A stretch of 64,000 nucleotides of DNA from Thermoplasmata archaeon. Its GTDB lineage: Archaea > Thermoplasmatota > Thermoplasmata > Methanomassiliicoccales > Methanomethylophilaceae. Below are positions 54,776 through 63,920 of the stretch, in pieces; position 1 is the stretch's first letter; every line of letters starts with the position of its first letter. The stretch lies in assembly GCA_015063185.1 (NCBI GenBank), contig SUSY01000006.1, positions 2,703 through 66,702 on the forward strand. The letters are read 5' to 3'. The notes beneath the pieces are model-generated. The model saw only the letters and a list, made by a program, of their open reading frames with translations, searched no databases and was not told the origin of the DNA. Both the position numbers and the translations under genes were made by a program.

Positions 54776-54883
54776 GCCGAGGTGGCTCAGCCTGGTGGAG
54801 CGTCGGACTCATAGGGTATCGGTCGTATCGACCCCTCCAGGGAAATCCGAAGGTCATGGGTTCGAACCCCATCCTCGGCACCA
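54776..54883 (+). tRNA. tRNA-Met (anticodon CAT; a tRNA-Ile2 identity cannot be excluded) with a 31-nt intron at the canonical 37/38 position and encoded CCA
   Basis: Hand-folded: acceptor GCCGAGG/CCTCGGC, D arm GCTC-AGCCTGGTG-GAGC, anticodon stem TCGGA/TCCGA, anticodon CAT at 54810-54812, intron 54814-54844, and T arm ATGGG-TTCGAAC-CCCAT. Confidence 0.8.
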
Positions 54884-54902
54884 AATATTTCTCTTTGATT
54901 TT

Positions 54903-56141
54903 TCACGAAGACGATTCTGAGATCCGTTTTGGCAATGGTATCTTGGATCCTATTATGGATGCAATGGCCATGACGAAGACGCTGTGGAATGGGAAGCATA
55001 AGAACAATAGTAGAATTGTCAAGAGGGGTTTTCTGAGCACTCCTCCTACCAATGCGGCAGTGACAGCACATACACAGAATATGGGATCCACATCCATTAT
55101 GATGGACAATCCGTAACCGATGGAGATACCGGAGAAGATCACAGGGAAGAAATGACCTCCGCGCCATCCCATATTGACACATAACGCAGTTACAACAATC
55201 TTCATGATGCCTGTGCCAATCAGTGTTGCAGCCGTCATGGTAATCCAAGTATCTTGAAGTTCTATGGCCTGTGATTCTCCAGCGAACATGGTAAATGGCA
55301 AAGCCACTCCACAGAGTCCTAACAGTAATCCTGCAATGGTGGCTTTTGTAACATGTTTATCACCGAAGCTATTCCCTACATGTTCCATGATTTTGTCCAA
55401 TACACAGTATGACCAACCACATACTCCTCCTATCAGTGCCAGGGGAATCAACCACAGGAATTCATTCAACCCATACTCAATGTTGGTAAATTGCGGCATA
55501 TGCATCCCTCCACCTATCAGATTTGATAGTAGCATGTATGCACCGAATGCACCTGCGATGGCCAATGCATAAATTAGGAACTTCATTCTTTTAGAGACAT
55601 ATGGGGCATCGTAACCTTCTACGGTCTCACCTGTGATCGCATCTGCAAATCCGTACAAGGGTGCGGTAAATATTGCGGATATGGCTGCATAGGTCCCTGC
55701 CCTAGTGAGCTCTTGGAAATCGTTGCCGAAGCGTTTCAGACGGTCTCCTACCCATGTACAGATCGCTGCTATCGCACCTACCAATCCTGCTTCTGGTCCG
55801 ATGGATCCCCCGAACACCATGGGCAACAAAGCCGCTACAGACATGGGTGCGAGATCCTTGTATTCATACCTTCCAGTATGTTTCACTTTGGCCATTACGC
55901 TCATGAGTTTCTCTGGGTATTGACCGTAGTGTCTGGCGAAAAGTCCTATGATGACGCCTCCGATCACACACATTATCACAGGATATAGTTGGCCCAAATA
56001 GATTGGGACACGATCCCAGATGAGTTCAAGCCCCAATTCCATTATGAATAACAACATCCAGACAAAGGAACCTGCAATCGCACCCGTTATCAGGACTGAT
56101 ACGATAAATATAGAGCGGTTAGCAGTCTTGACATCATCCAT
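54903..56141 (-). CDS. ClC-family chloride channel / H+-Cl- antiporter
   Basis: 412 aa and polytopic, with GGSIGPEAGLVG and GGHFFPVIF (GxFxP) motifs. Confidence 0.7.
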   Translation of the reverse strand: MDDVKTANRSIFIVSVLITGAIAGSFVWMLLFIMELGLELIWDRVPIYLGQLYPVIMCVIGGVIIGLFARHYGQYPEKLMSVMAKVKHTGRYEYKDLAPMSVAALLPMVFGGSIGPEAGLVGAIAAICTWVGDRLKRFGNDFQELTRAGTYAAISAIFTAPLYGFADAITGETVEGYDAPYVSKRMKFLIYALAIAGAFGAYMLLSNLIGGGMHMPQFTNIEYGLNEFLWLIPLALIGGVCGWSYCVLDKIMEHVGNSFGDKHVTKATIAGLLLGLCGVALPFTMFAGESQAIELQDTWITMTAATLIGTGIMKIVVTALCVNMGWRGGHFFPVIFSGISIGYGLSIIMDVDPIFCVCAVTAALVGGVLRKPLLTILLLFLCFPFHSVFVMAIASIIGSKIPLPKRISESSS

Positions 56142-56216
56142 AATGATTCCATTTTTCGTATTACATTATGGTGTCAAATAACTTGTCTTCTCGATATTGG
56201 CTCACCGACGATTCGT

Positions 56217-56963
56217 GTGGAGATACATCTTATACACCCGTATGCGGATTTGGACGTCATGGTGAATGTTGGTACTGAGTTCGTGTACAGTCAGATGAGG
56301 TATGTCGTGCTATCGGTGGATGATTGTGAGGTGGGATTGAGCGGTGCTACCACGAATCTTGCGGGAGAGGTCAGGATACCCTCCAAGGTCAGGTTCAACA
56401 ATACCGAATACACCGTGGTCACGATATTCAGCATGGCATTCACCGATGCAGGTAAGGTCAGATCCGTCATCTACCCAGGTACGATCCGTCATCTCATGTC
56501 ACATGCCTTTGCAGGGGCTGAATTGGACCCGTCATTCAAGATGCCAACGGATCTGGAATTCCTTGGAGGATACCATTTCGCCGGTTGTAGTGGATTGAAG
56601 GATGTCGATCTTCCTGAAAATATGATCGATATCCCCGTAGGTATGTTCAATGATTGCCTTAGTTTGATCTCGATCAGGATTGGATTTAGGGTGGAAACGA
56701 TAGGGGATTTCGCATTCATGGGTTGTGAGAACCTTTCTACAATTATAACAGACGAATCTACAGAAATAGATGACCCAGAGGGTGCTGTTCTTCCGGATTC
56801 TGTGTGTGAAGTTGGGGGTTCAGCATTCTCCAATACCAGATTGTTACGTATCTATACGGATGCAGAGATTGGGCGCAGATATGATGATGTGCCTGAATTC
56901 ATAAGAAAATCTACAAATTCTGGACAAAAAAGAGTCCGTTCTGGATTTATAGGGGGTAGATAA
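56217..56963 (+). CDS. BspA-type leucine-rich-repeat protein (no signal peptide seen)
   Basis: 248 aa with repeats of the type IPSKVRFNNTEYTVVTIFSMAFTDAGKVRSVIYPGTIRHLMSHAFAG. GTG start. Confidence 0.5.
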   Translation: MEIHLIHPYADLDVMVNVGTEFVYSQMRYVVLSVDDCEVGLSGATTNLAGEVRIPSKVRFNNTEYTVVTIFSMAFTDAGKVRSVIYPGTIRHLMSHAFAGAELDPSFKMPTDLEFLGGYHFAGCSGLKDVDLPENMIDIPVGMFNDCLSLISIRIGFRVETIGDFAFMGCENLSTIITDESTEIDDPEGAVLPDSVCEVGGSAFSNTRLLRIYTDAEIGRRYDDVPEFIRKSTNSGQKRVRSGFIGGR

Positions 56964-56964
56964 G

Positions 56965-57801
56965 ATGCCGTTGATCCCCTATATCTCTGTAAAGGGACTC
57001 AGTAAAGTATTCTGGTCACGTTTTGGATTGGCCGCATTCACCAGACGTTCCAAGGTCTTTAACAAGGTGGTGACCAAGACCTTGTTCGATGGGGATGACA
57101 TGGTCGTCCTTCCGAAGGATGATGTGGTAAGATCCAGACGTATCGATATGAATCTTGATTTTGAGGATGGTGGTGAGAGTACTGTTCTTCCAAGCGATAT
57201 CGTAAAGGACATTATCGATAGGAGTTCGGACATATTCATCATGAATTTTTGTCTGTGCAGAAAATCCAATGGATGTGATGATTTTCCTCGTGACAAGGGG
57301 TGTGTGTTCCTAGGTAAGGGCGTACATAAGATTCCTGTGGATTTTGGTCATCTGGCGTCTAGGGAGGAGGCCAAGAGGTACATCGATGAATGTACTGAGC
57401 TGGGTCTTGTCCATATAATAGGTCGTAACAAATTGGATTCCATATGGTTGAACACAGGTCATAAGAGGGACCTCATGACTATCTGTAACTGTTGTCCGTG
57501 TTGTTGTCTCTGGAATATGACACGTAACATCTCCGATGAGATCGGTGGTGTGTTCAAGAGATTGAATGGCGTATCTGTATCTGTGGATGTCGGTAGGTGC
57601 ATAGGTTGCGGATCGTGTCAGGAGATTTGTTTCACCAAAGCCATATCTATCGAGAATGGAAAATGTTCATTGAATCTGGATATGTGTAGGGGATGTGGTC
57701 GTTGTGTGGAGCTCTGTCCTGTCAATGCGATATCTCTGGACTTTGATCAGACCGTCATCAGCGGAGAGGTAGACAGGATCAATTCCTTGGTTAACCTTTA
57801 G
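56965..57801 (+). CDS. 4Fe-4S dicluster domain protein with an additional CNCCPCCC Cys cluster
   Basis: 278 aa with ICNCCPCCC, then CIGCGSCQEIC...CRGCGRCVELCP. The stop is TAG. Confidence 0.6.
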   Translation: MPLIPYISVKGLSKVFWSRFGLAAFTRRSKVFNKVVTKTLFDGDDMVVLPKDDVVRSRRIDMNLDFEDGGESTVLPSDIVKDIIDRSSDIFIMNFCLCRKSNGCDDFPRDKGCVFLGKGVHKIPVDFGHLASREEAKRYIDECTELGLVHIIGRNKLDSIWLNTGHKRDLMTICNCCPCCCLWNMTRNISDEIGGVFKRLNGVSVSVDVGRCIGCGSCQEICFTKAISIENGKCSLNLDMCRGCGRCVELCPVNAISLDFDQTVISGEVDRINSLVNL

Positions 57802-58696
57802 AAGGGGTTGCTATAGCCATTACGAACCTAATCAGTACATAGAATACGATTATGGATGCAATGACCGTTTCCACCATCGCCAATGTATTTAGGAATTCAA
57901 ATTCCTGCAGAACCTTGGATACTACAGTAGTGGCCATCGCACAGATGACCATCGGGAATGTGATCGCGGCATAGCTTGGATAGAATTTCAATGTCAGGGT
58001 CTTTGCTACAACACACAATCCTAACATGTACAACAATGTGGATGCGATATACATGGCCATAATGAATGGCTCGGATATCTGGGTCATGGACTTAACGTAT
58101 CCGACAATGCACAGGCTGACAGGAGCGCAGTAGATACATAGCAACGGAAATGTAGGTTCTGGAAACTTCCTATATTTCACATAACGGTATGAGATCAGTA
58201 CAAAAAGTGGGACCAATGCCAAGAATCCGAACCAGAATATGATTTCACCAAGGATCAACATGTCGTAGAATGGACATGTGCAGGATGCCACCACTATGCC
58301 GACATATACGATGAAATAGCTTGCAAATACCTTCTCCATATCCAGTCCTATGATGAATGTCTTGGTGAAGTAGATCATGAGGGCAATATGTAGCAGGATG
58401 GCGAATGCCCACAGTGCTAGAGCGAATTCGTAGATAGTGTTGGAGATATACGTACTTAGCAACATCAGTGTCATAGGAAATGTTCCGGACACGCTTGCCA
58501 GTATCGGGGTTTTAAGATCACCTCTGATACTTTCTGGGGACAACATCAATTTCAGGATCAATAAGAGGACCAGTGTGACAGATATGGATCCGCATAAGAT
58601 GTGTAACGCCTCATTATCCAATAGATTGCCGAGAGATGCTAGACTCAATGCGACACCGGACAAGGGGAGCGGAACTCTGTCGATAATCTCCTTCAT
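57791..58696 (-). CDS. TDT-family (TehA/Mae1/SLAC1-like) anion transporter
   Basis: 301 aa with about 10 TM helices. N-terminus: IDRVPLPLSGVALSLASLGNLL. Confidence 0.5.
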   Translation of the reverse strand: MKEIIDRVPLPLSGVALSLASLGNLLDNEALHILCGSISVTLVLLLILKLMLSPESIRGDLKTPILASVSGTFPMTLMLLSTYISNTIYEFALALWAFAILLHIALMIYFTKTFIIGLDMEKVFASYFIVYVGIVVASCTCPFYDMLILGEIIFWFGFLALVPLFVLISYRYVKYRKFPEPTFPLLCIYCAPVSLCIVGYVKSMTQISEPFIMAMYIASTLLYMLGLCVVAKTLTLKFYPSYAAITFPMVICAMATTVVSKVLQEFEFLNTLAMVETVIASIIVFYVLIRFVMAIATPSKG

Positions 58697-58891
58697 GCGA
58701 TATCATCTATATGTGCCATATAATTGTGTTTGGGATATTATAACACGGAATCGGATAATATATGAATTGGGGCACAAGAACGTTCCTCTCCATACGTTAG
58801 GGGTAAGAATATATGGGTCAGATTACCTAATATGGCATATCAGTCGGTCGAAGTTATATCTTTTGAGGTATTCTCTAGGTCAGGTGTATTG

Positions 58892-59332
58892 ATGGAATTG
58901 CCTAAAGATGTCGTTTACATGATGAATTGCATCCCAAAGAAGTCCACCAAGAGGCTCATCAACCTTACCGATGAGAGACTGGGTCATTTAGGGTTGAAGG
59001 CATATCATACTATCGTGATGTCCGTAATAGCCTATGAGCCAGGCAGTTCTCAGAAACATATCATGGAGAATACACCGTTCAATAAGGCCAGAGTATCAAT
59101 AATCGTGTCAGAACTTATGGATAGGGGATATGTAGTGGATACATCCGAAGGGAAATCCTCTTCATTATGTCTGACGGAAGAAGGTAAGCAGATCTTTGAT
59201 GTTGCGGAACAGATATTCATGGATCATCATGCGACCATGTTATCCGTATTCTCTCCTGAAGAGGCCAAGGAATTCCATAAGATGCTGATGAAACTCAATA
59301 AGAGGCTGGATGAGATGCTTCTTGGTGATTGA
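58892..59332 (+). CDS. MarR-family transcriptional regulator
   Basis: 146 aa from MELPKDVVYMM. wHTH segment: SSQKHIMENTPFNKARVSIIVSELMDRGYVV. The ORF opens at 58832. It is divergent from the TDT transporter. Confidence 0.7.
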   Translation: MELPKDVVYMMNCIPKKSTKRLINLTDERLGHLGLKAYHTIVMSVIAYEPGSSQKHIMENTPFNKARVSIIVSELMDRGYVVDTSEGKSSSLCLTEEGKQIFDVAEQIFMDHHATMLSVFSPEEAKEFHKMLMKLNKRLDEMLLGD

Positions 59333-59514
59333 TCATAGGATTGTCCATTGTCATCTCTCCCATTATGATTGATCTGTTCCTCCCTTTTGCTGTTTTTAAA
59401 CGGTAGGTCGCAATCCAATGCACTTCTTGGAATCATAGTTACGATGTACATGTCCCAGAGTAGTTCTTTGTTGGGGTGTATTAGAATCTCGATATATTCT
59501 ACAATCCCAAATCC

Positions 59515-60355
59515 ATGTTTCAACAAGTGAGCCTCTTTGACTTTTTGTGTGGGCCAGTAGTCTTTGTGATATGGGTTCGATCGGAGAGGTTTAAGGAACC
59601 CCACCATCGATTCGTGAATCGACAACCGGACAGTTCTTTCACTATTTTCACTAACTTCTTCTCAGAGGCATATGTATCATCAGGACATATAGGTAAATCA
59701 TGAGTACGGAGAATCTCGGATATCTCAGGAAGAATGGCATATTCCAATATGCCAAGGATAATCCTGTAAAGATGTCCGACAAGGATCACATCGTTCGTGC
59801 CACAGAATACGCATTATACGCTAGTAAGACACAAGAGAATATGATACACTATACTTCGGAAGTCTGCAGAGAAGAATAGCTAACATATGGAATAACAATC
59901 CCGATCACAAGGATTCACACGAATACAGGGGTCTCCAAAGGAGACTGTCTCACCCGTACAAGAAGATGAGGAATCATAGGGAGGACCATAATCATAGGAT
60001 AACATCCAAGATGGTATACAATCACGGTGACATCTATGTGGAAGGCTTCGATATCCTCAAGATGATGAGGGGTTCGAATTCGAAGACAGTGAGGAAACTC
60101 TACAGGGATGCTGCGTGGAACAAGTTCATGACGGGATTGGAGTACAAGGCTGAGTGTACCGGTACCTCCGTATCCCGTGTGGACCCACGCAACACATCCA
60201 ACCTTTGCTCCGGATGCGGAAATATGGTCAAAAAGAACCTATCGGTACGCATACACGAATGTCCCTTTTGTGACCCAAGACTGGATAAGGACGTCAACGC
60301 AGCAAGGAACATCCTAAGTCGCGGCCTTGGGGCAGCAAGGCCCGGTCCGACATGA
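59515..60355 (+). pseudogene. tnpB: decayed IS200/IS605-family TnpB (RuvC-II/Zn-finger/RuvC-III part intact; N-terminal part frameshifted or truncated; no TnpA)
   Basis: The 59966-60355 ORF has IYVEGFDILKM (RuvC-II Glu), VDPRNTSNLCSGCG...HECPFCDPRLDKDVNAARNIL (Zn finger plus RuvC-III). In frame upstream (from 59828) it reads GLQRRLS. Further upstream, other frames show weak wedge-domain-like (ERFKEP...SSFTI) and ISDISG remnants, with no intact IGIDLG RuvC-I. Confidence 0.65.
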
Positions 60356-60400
60356 AACAGACAGAATGAGCGAACAGTCTAAGCTGACTGCAAGCACTTT

Positions 60401-60424
60401 CGACGTTACCCACACGAAACGTCG
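60401..60424 (+). other. stem-loop (CGACGTT-n10-AACGTCG) in the putative IS right-end / omega-RNA-like region
   Basis: 7-bp perfect stem 46 nt after the tnpB-remnant stop. Confidence 0.3.
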
Positions 60425-60494
60425 GACAGCCACAAGTGATGTTTGTCCGTATGAATTGCGTAACATTAAATCCAATGATGTATGGTTGTGAAGT

Positions 60495-61736
60495 ATGAGT
60501 TGGAACGTGGCGCTTGATAAGATCATGGAGATAAAGAAAGCGTATTTCGACAGGTTCGGAGACGACGGTCTATACTCATATGGCAATTGCAGGACATATC
60601 TGGATCATTGGGTAGAGAGGCTTGATATCAAGGAGTACAAAGACATTCTGTTCGATCTCCATAGGGTCCAATGTGAGGATTTGATACTTCTGCACTATCG
60701 CCTTCCACATTCGATTGATGGGGCAGACTACTACAAGGCATATGATGGATTGTTTGCAGAATGCAGGAGTGTGGTCATAGATATCAGGAAGGGGGAGTTG
60801 GCTCTGACTCCTTTCAAAAAATTCATGAATCTAAACGAGCGCTCCGATACGTCTGAGGAAAGGATCAGAGAGTTATTGAGAAGTGCAAAAGTGGTAGAAT
60901 TCTCTGATAAATTGGATGGTTCCATGCAATCAGCACGTTTCTATGATGGCAAGTTAGTAATGTCCGGAAGTAGGGCGGTAGATAGGAACGCGTCTTTCAG
61001 ATTGGAGAATGGATACAGGTATGTTGAGACTCATGATAATTATATGTCCATGATTCGGGACAATCCTGATCTGACATTCATATTCGAGTACATCTTCGAT
61101 GATGATGTGCATGTGGTGAATTATAGCTCTAAGGAAAAGGGGCTGTACCTTATTGGAATAAGAAATTCTATCGATGGTCGTGAGTATCATTACTATGAGG
61201 TCTTGAAATTCGCAGATGAATATGGCGTAATGACCACTGTATTGAGCAATATAGATCTTGATTCTGCGATGGATATATTGGACAAGGCGGACGGTTTGGA
61301 GAAGGAGGGTTTTGTCGTCAATATTGATGGATTCCGTATAAAGATGAAATCCAGGGATTATGTGATGTTGAATACTGCCATTTGGTCATTGGGGGAGGAT
61401 GATCATGTCTTGTTCAATGCAGTGAGGTTTGATATGTTGGATGATGTCCTACCTAAGATCAATGAACCGTTGAGGTCCAAAATCGCATCCAAAGCCGACA
61501 AGATCATTGAGTATGCAAGGGTTAAGGAGGCCAAGGTGATGAAGTATATGTCTATGCTCAATAAATCTGGTCTTTCAGAGAAGAAGGATGTTATGGTTTG
61601 GATAAATGATAATGTACCTCATGATGTCTCTACATATGTAAGGGCCCTGTATCTTGGAAAAGATGTGGATTACCTCAAGGGTGTGAAGGTCGAGGACATC
61701 CTTTCCAATACTTGTACAGATGACGCATTCATGTAG
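60495..61736 (+). CDS. ATP-dependent RNA ligase, T4 Rnl1-like family
   Basis: 413 aa. Nucleotidyltransferase motifs: I KLDGSM (Lys codon at 60909-60911), III-like LTFIFEYIF, IV EGFVVNIDG, V FRIKMKSRDY. It is co-linear with T4 Rnl1 as I remember it. The stop is TAG. Confidence 0.7.
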   Translation: MSWNVALDKIMEIKKAYFDRFGDDGLYSYGNCRTYLDHWVERLDIKEYKDILFDLHRVQCEDLILLHYRLPHSIDGADYYKAYDGLFAECRSVVIDIRKGELALTPFKKFMNLNERSDTSEERIRELLRSAKVVEFSDKLDGSMQSARFYDGKLVMSGSRAVDRNASFRLENGYRYVETHDNYMSMIRDNPDLTFIFEYIFDDDVHVVNYSSKEKGLYLIGIRNSIDGREYHYYEVLKFADEYGVMTTVLSNIDLDSAMDILDKADGLEKEGFVVNIDGFRIKMKSRDYVMLNTAIWSLGEDDHVLFNAVRFDMLDDVLPKINEPLRSKIASKADKIIEYARVKEAKVMKYMSMLNKSGLSEKKDVMVWINDNVPHDVSTYVRALYLGKDVDYLKGVKVEDILSNTCTDDAFM

Positions 61737-61792
61737 ACAATTGGATTGTCTTATTCCTAAAGTAGCCAAATGTATATCATAAACTTCGCAGT

Positions 61793-62986
61793 ATGGGTGT
61801 TATGCGTTTGGGTACTGTTCCGTTGATGATTCTTATTCTACTGCTCAGTATATTTGGCCCATTGTCAACGGATATGTATCTTTCCGGATTGCCTCAGATG
61901 GTATGTGACTTCAATACTGATGAGGCAACGATGAACATGTCCCTGTACATGTTCATGTTGATACTGTCTTTCAGCATACTTTTGATGGGCCCTATCAGTG
62001 ACAAGTACGGTCGGAGAAAAATACTCATTGCGACGATGGCGATTTATGTATCATCCAACTTCGCATGTTGTTTCGTTGACAATATCTGGCTCTTCATTGT
62101 ATTGAGGATGATACAGGCATTCGGCGGTGCCGGCGCGATGGTCACTGCATTCGCCCTGATAAAGGATTGTTTTGATGGTTCCGAAAGGACGCGCATTCTA
62201 TCCATAACTGCAACACTGGGTATATTGGGGCCAATGCTTTCCCCCGTTATCGGTACAGTGTTAATCAACGCATATGGTTGGCCATCCACGTTCGTTGCGC
62301 CAGCCGTTGTAGGGTTGACATGTCTCGTTATGGGTGTTATGCTCCCCGCATATCTTCCCGAGGAACGTCTTACGGGTACTGTGATACAGTCCATTTCCAG
62401 ATTGGGTGTTGTTGTAAAGGACAAGGGTTTCACAATGTTCATGTTGATGATCTGTATCTTCACCATGGCCCAATTGGCATATATTGCCGTATCCTCATAT
62501 ATCTATCAGGAGGAATTCGGACTTACAGGCACTCAATATAGTTTAGCACTGTGTGGTGCATGCATCTTAGCACTGATTTTGTCCAATATAGTCAGACGTC
62601 TGGGACTCAGCAATCTGGGTATAGTGATGGTCGTACTCATTCTGGGATTGTTAAGTACGGTAATGATGACTTTCGTCGCCCCTCTTGGGTGGTTCTGGTT
62701 CATGCTTTCTATAGTACCAAGTTGCTCCAATACAATCACTGCACGTTCATTCGGTTATGTGTTGTTGATGAACCATCATGATGGGGACAACGGTTCTGTT
62801 TCATCCGTGCTTAATTTTACTACATTCATATTGGCATTCATTGGTATGGTGATTGCATCCAATTTCCCACCGGATCTGTTCATCTATGCAATTGCAACCG
62901 TACTTTTGATCTGTTGTATCATTTATGTGGTATTCTGGCACCTATTGAAGAGGGATGGATATCCGATCAGGGGGCTGGTCGGATGA
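61793..62986 (+). CDS. MFS transporter (Bcr/CflA drug-efflux subfamily-like)
   Basis: 397 aa with 12 predicted TM helices. Contains GPLSTDMYLSGLP...GPISDKYGRRKIL. Confidence 0.72.
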   Translation: MGVMRLGTVPLMILILLLSIFGPLSTDMYLSGLPQMVCDFNTDEATMNMSLYMFMLILSFSILLMGPISDKYGRRKILIATMAIYVSSNFACCFVDNIWLFIVLRMIQAFGGAGAMVTAFALIKDCFDGSERTRILSITATLGILGPMLSPVIGTVLINAYGWPSTFVAPAVVGLTCLVMGVMLPAYLPEERLTGTVIQSISRLGVVVKDKGFTMFMLMICIFTMAQLAYIAVSSYIYQEEFGLTGTQYSLALCGACILALILSNIVRRLGLSNLGIVMVVLILGLLSTVMMTFVAPLGWFWFMLSIVPSCSNTITARSFGYVLLMNHHDGDNGSVSSVLNFTTFILAFIGMVIASNFPPDLFIYAIATVLLICCIIYVVFWHLLKRDGYPIRGLVG

Positions 62987-63074
62987 TCCGCCCTATTGTG
63001 TTCGGATATTTGTAAAACGGAAATGGGTTTACTGAATGTGTTTTGAGGAAAGAGTCAAACAATCTTTGTCATCA

Positions 63075-63458
63075 TCATGCATCGATTATTAGGGTCTCAT
63101 CGATGATATCGGAATCAGCGTTCCTTCTGATGGAATCTATGCCGTTCTTGGCACTGGATTTAGCCGTATATCCTTGAGATGCAATGATGATCTCTCCGTT
63201 TACTGCCTTCAATCTGAATCTATATTCATCGGCCTTGTCGAGATAGATTTCCCACTTAGGGTTCTTCTTTTCTTCGTATTTTTGGAGGGTTTGATCCTCA
63301 ATCTCCACATTGGCATTCTTTCTTACCGATTCGATACCAATCTTGGCAGCAGCCTTGGACTTGTATGTTTGTGAAGTACCAACAATCTCCTTGTTGTTGG
63401 CAACTATATTGAAAACAAATCCATCGTTTGATGTCTTTTTGATTATGTATTCTCCCAT
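63075..63458 (-). CDS. YegP-family (tandem DUF1508) protein
   Basis: 127 aa with two repeats (FVFNIVANNKEIVGTSQTYKSKAAAKIGIESVRKNA and YRFRLKAVNGEIIIASQGYTAKSSAKNGIDSIRRNA). Confidence 0.75.
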   Translation of the reverse strand: MGEYIIKKTSNDGFVFNIVANNKEIVGTSQTYKSKAAAKIGIESVRKNANVEIEDQTLQKYEEKKNPKWEIYLDKADEYRFRLKAVNGEIIIASQGYTAKSSAKNGIDSIRRNADSDIIDETLIIDA

Positions 63459-63557
63459 GTGATTGATATCATATTATGAGTATATTATACTTACCAACTA
63501 AGTAGGAATATATCCATTAATCATATGAGTTCTACACAAGATCGGTAATTTGAGGTA

Positions 63558-63920
63558 TCACTTGCCATATATGCTTTTATTAATACTTTTTTTCTTTTTG
63601 GAAAATTCCTGTTTACTCGCTTCCCTTTCGGGTATGAGTCTTTCCTCATCAGTTTTAAGTTCTTCGATCCTTGCAAGATTGGCATTGAGTTCTCTGAGAT
63701 AACTTGCCATCAGTGCAGGAACTTTAGTTTCATCGGCATGGACATGTCCATCGTACTGCATCTTTCCAAGTTCTTTGAACAGTTCTCTATTGCGAACTCT
63801 TAAGTAGCTAATTGAAAGGTAGTCTGGCGGGGTATATATCTTCTCAACGAGTTCTTCTCTCAGTGCCTCATTCACTAGTTTAAGTTTCTTTGTTGCTTTT
63901 GGAATGCCCGCCATACTCAT
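63558..63920 (-). CDS. hypothetical coiled-coil protein
   Basis: 120 aa, charged and helical. I recognise no family. Confidence 0.4.
   Translation of the reverse strand: MSMAGIPKATKKLKLVNEALREELVEKIYTPPDYLSISYLRVRNRELFKELGKMQYDGHVHADETKVPALMASYLRELNANLARIEELKTDEERLIPEREASKQEFSKKKKSINKSIYGK

Noticed and set aside
54618-55116. ORFs 54618-54884 (minus) and 54856-55116 (plus) spanning the tRNA-Met locus.
   Set aside because: They overlap a well-folding intron-containing tRNA, and also the rps3ae 3' end and the ClC gene. They have no coding features.
59227-59789. Minus-strand ORFs of 132 aa (59227-59625) and 89 aa (59520-59789) between MarR and the TnpB fragment.
   Set aside because: The first overlaps the MarR 3' end. 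Both lie over a region whose plus strand shows co-linear, though decayed, TnpB remnants. I recognised no family (toxin-antitoxin and TnpA Y1 motifs were considered and not found).
60070-60078. 9-nt match (gggttcgaa) to the T-arm of tRNA-Met, considered as a possible att direct repeat for the island.
   Set aside because: It is too short to be significant and lies inside the TnpB coding remnant. No longer repeat of the tRNA 3' half was seen within the window.
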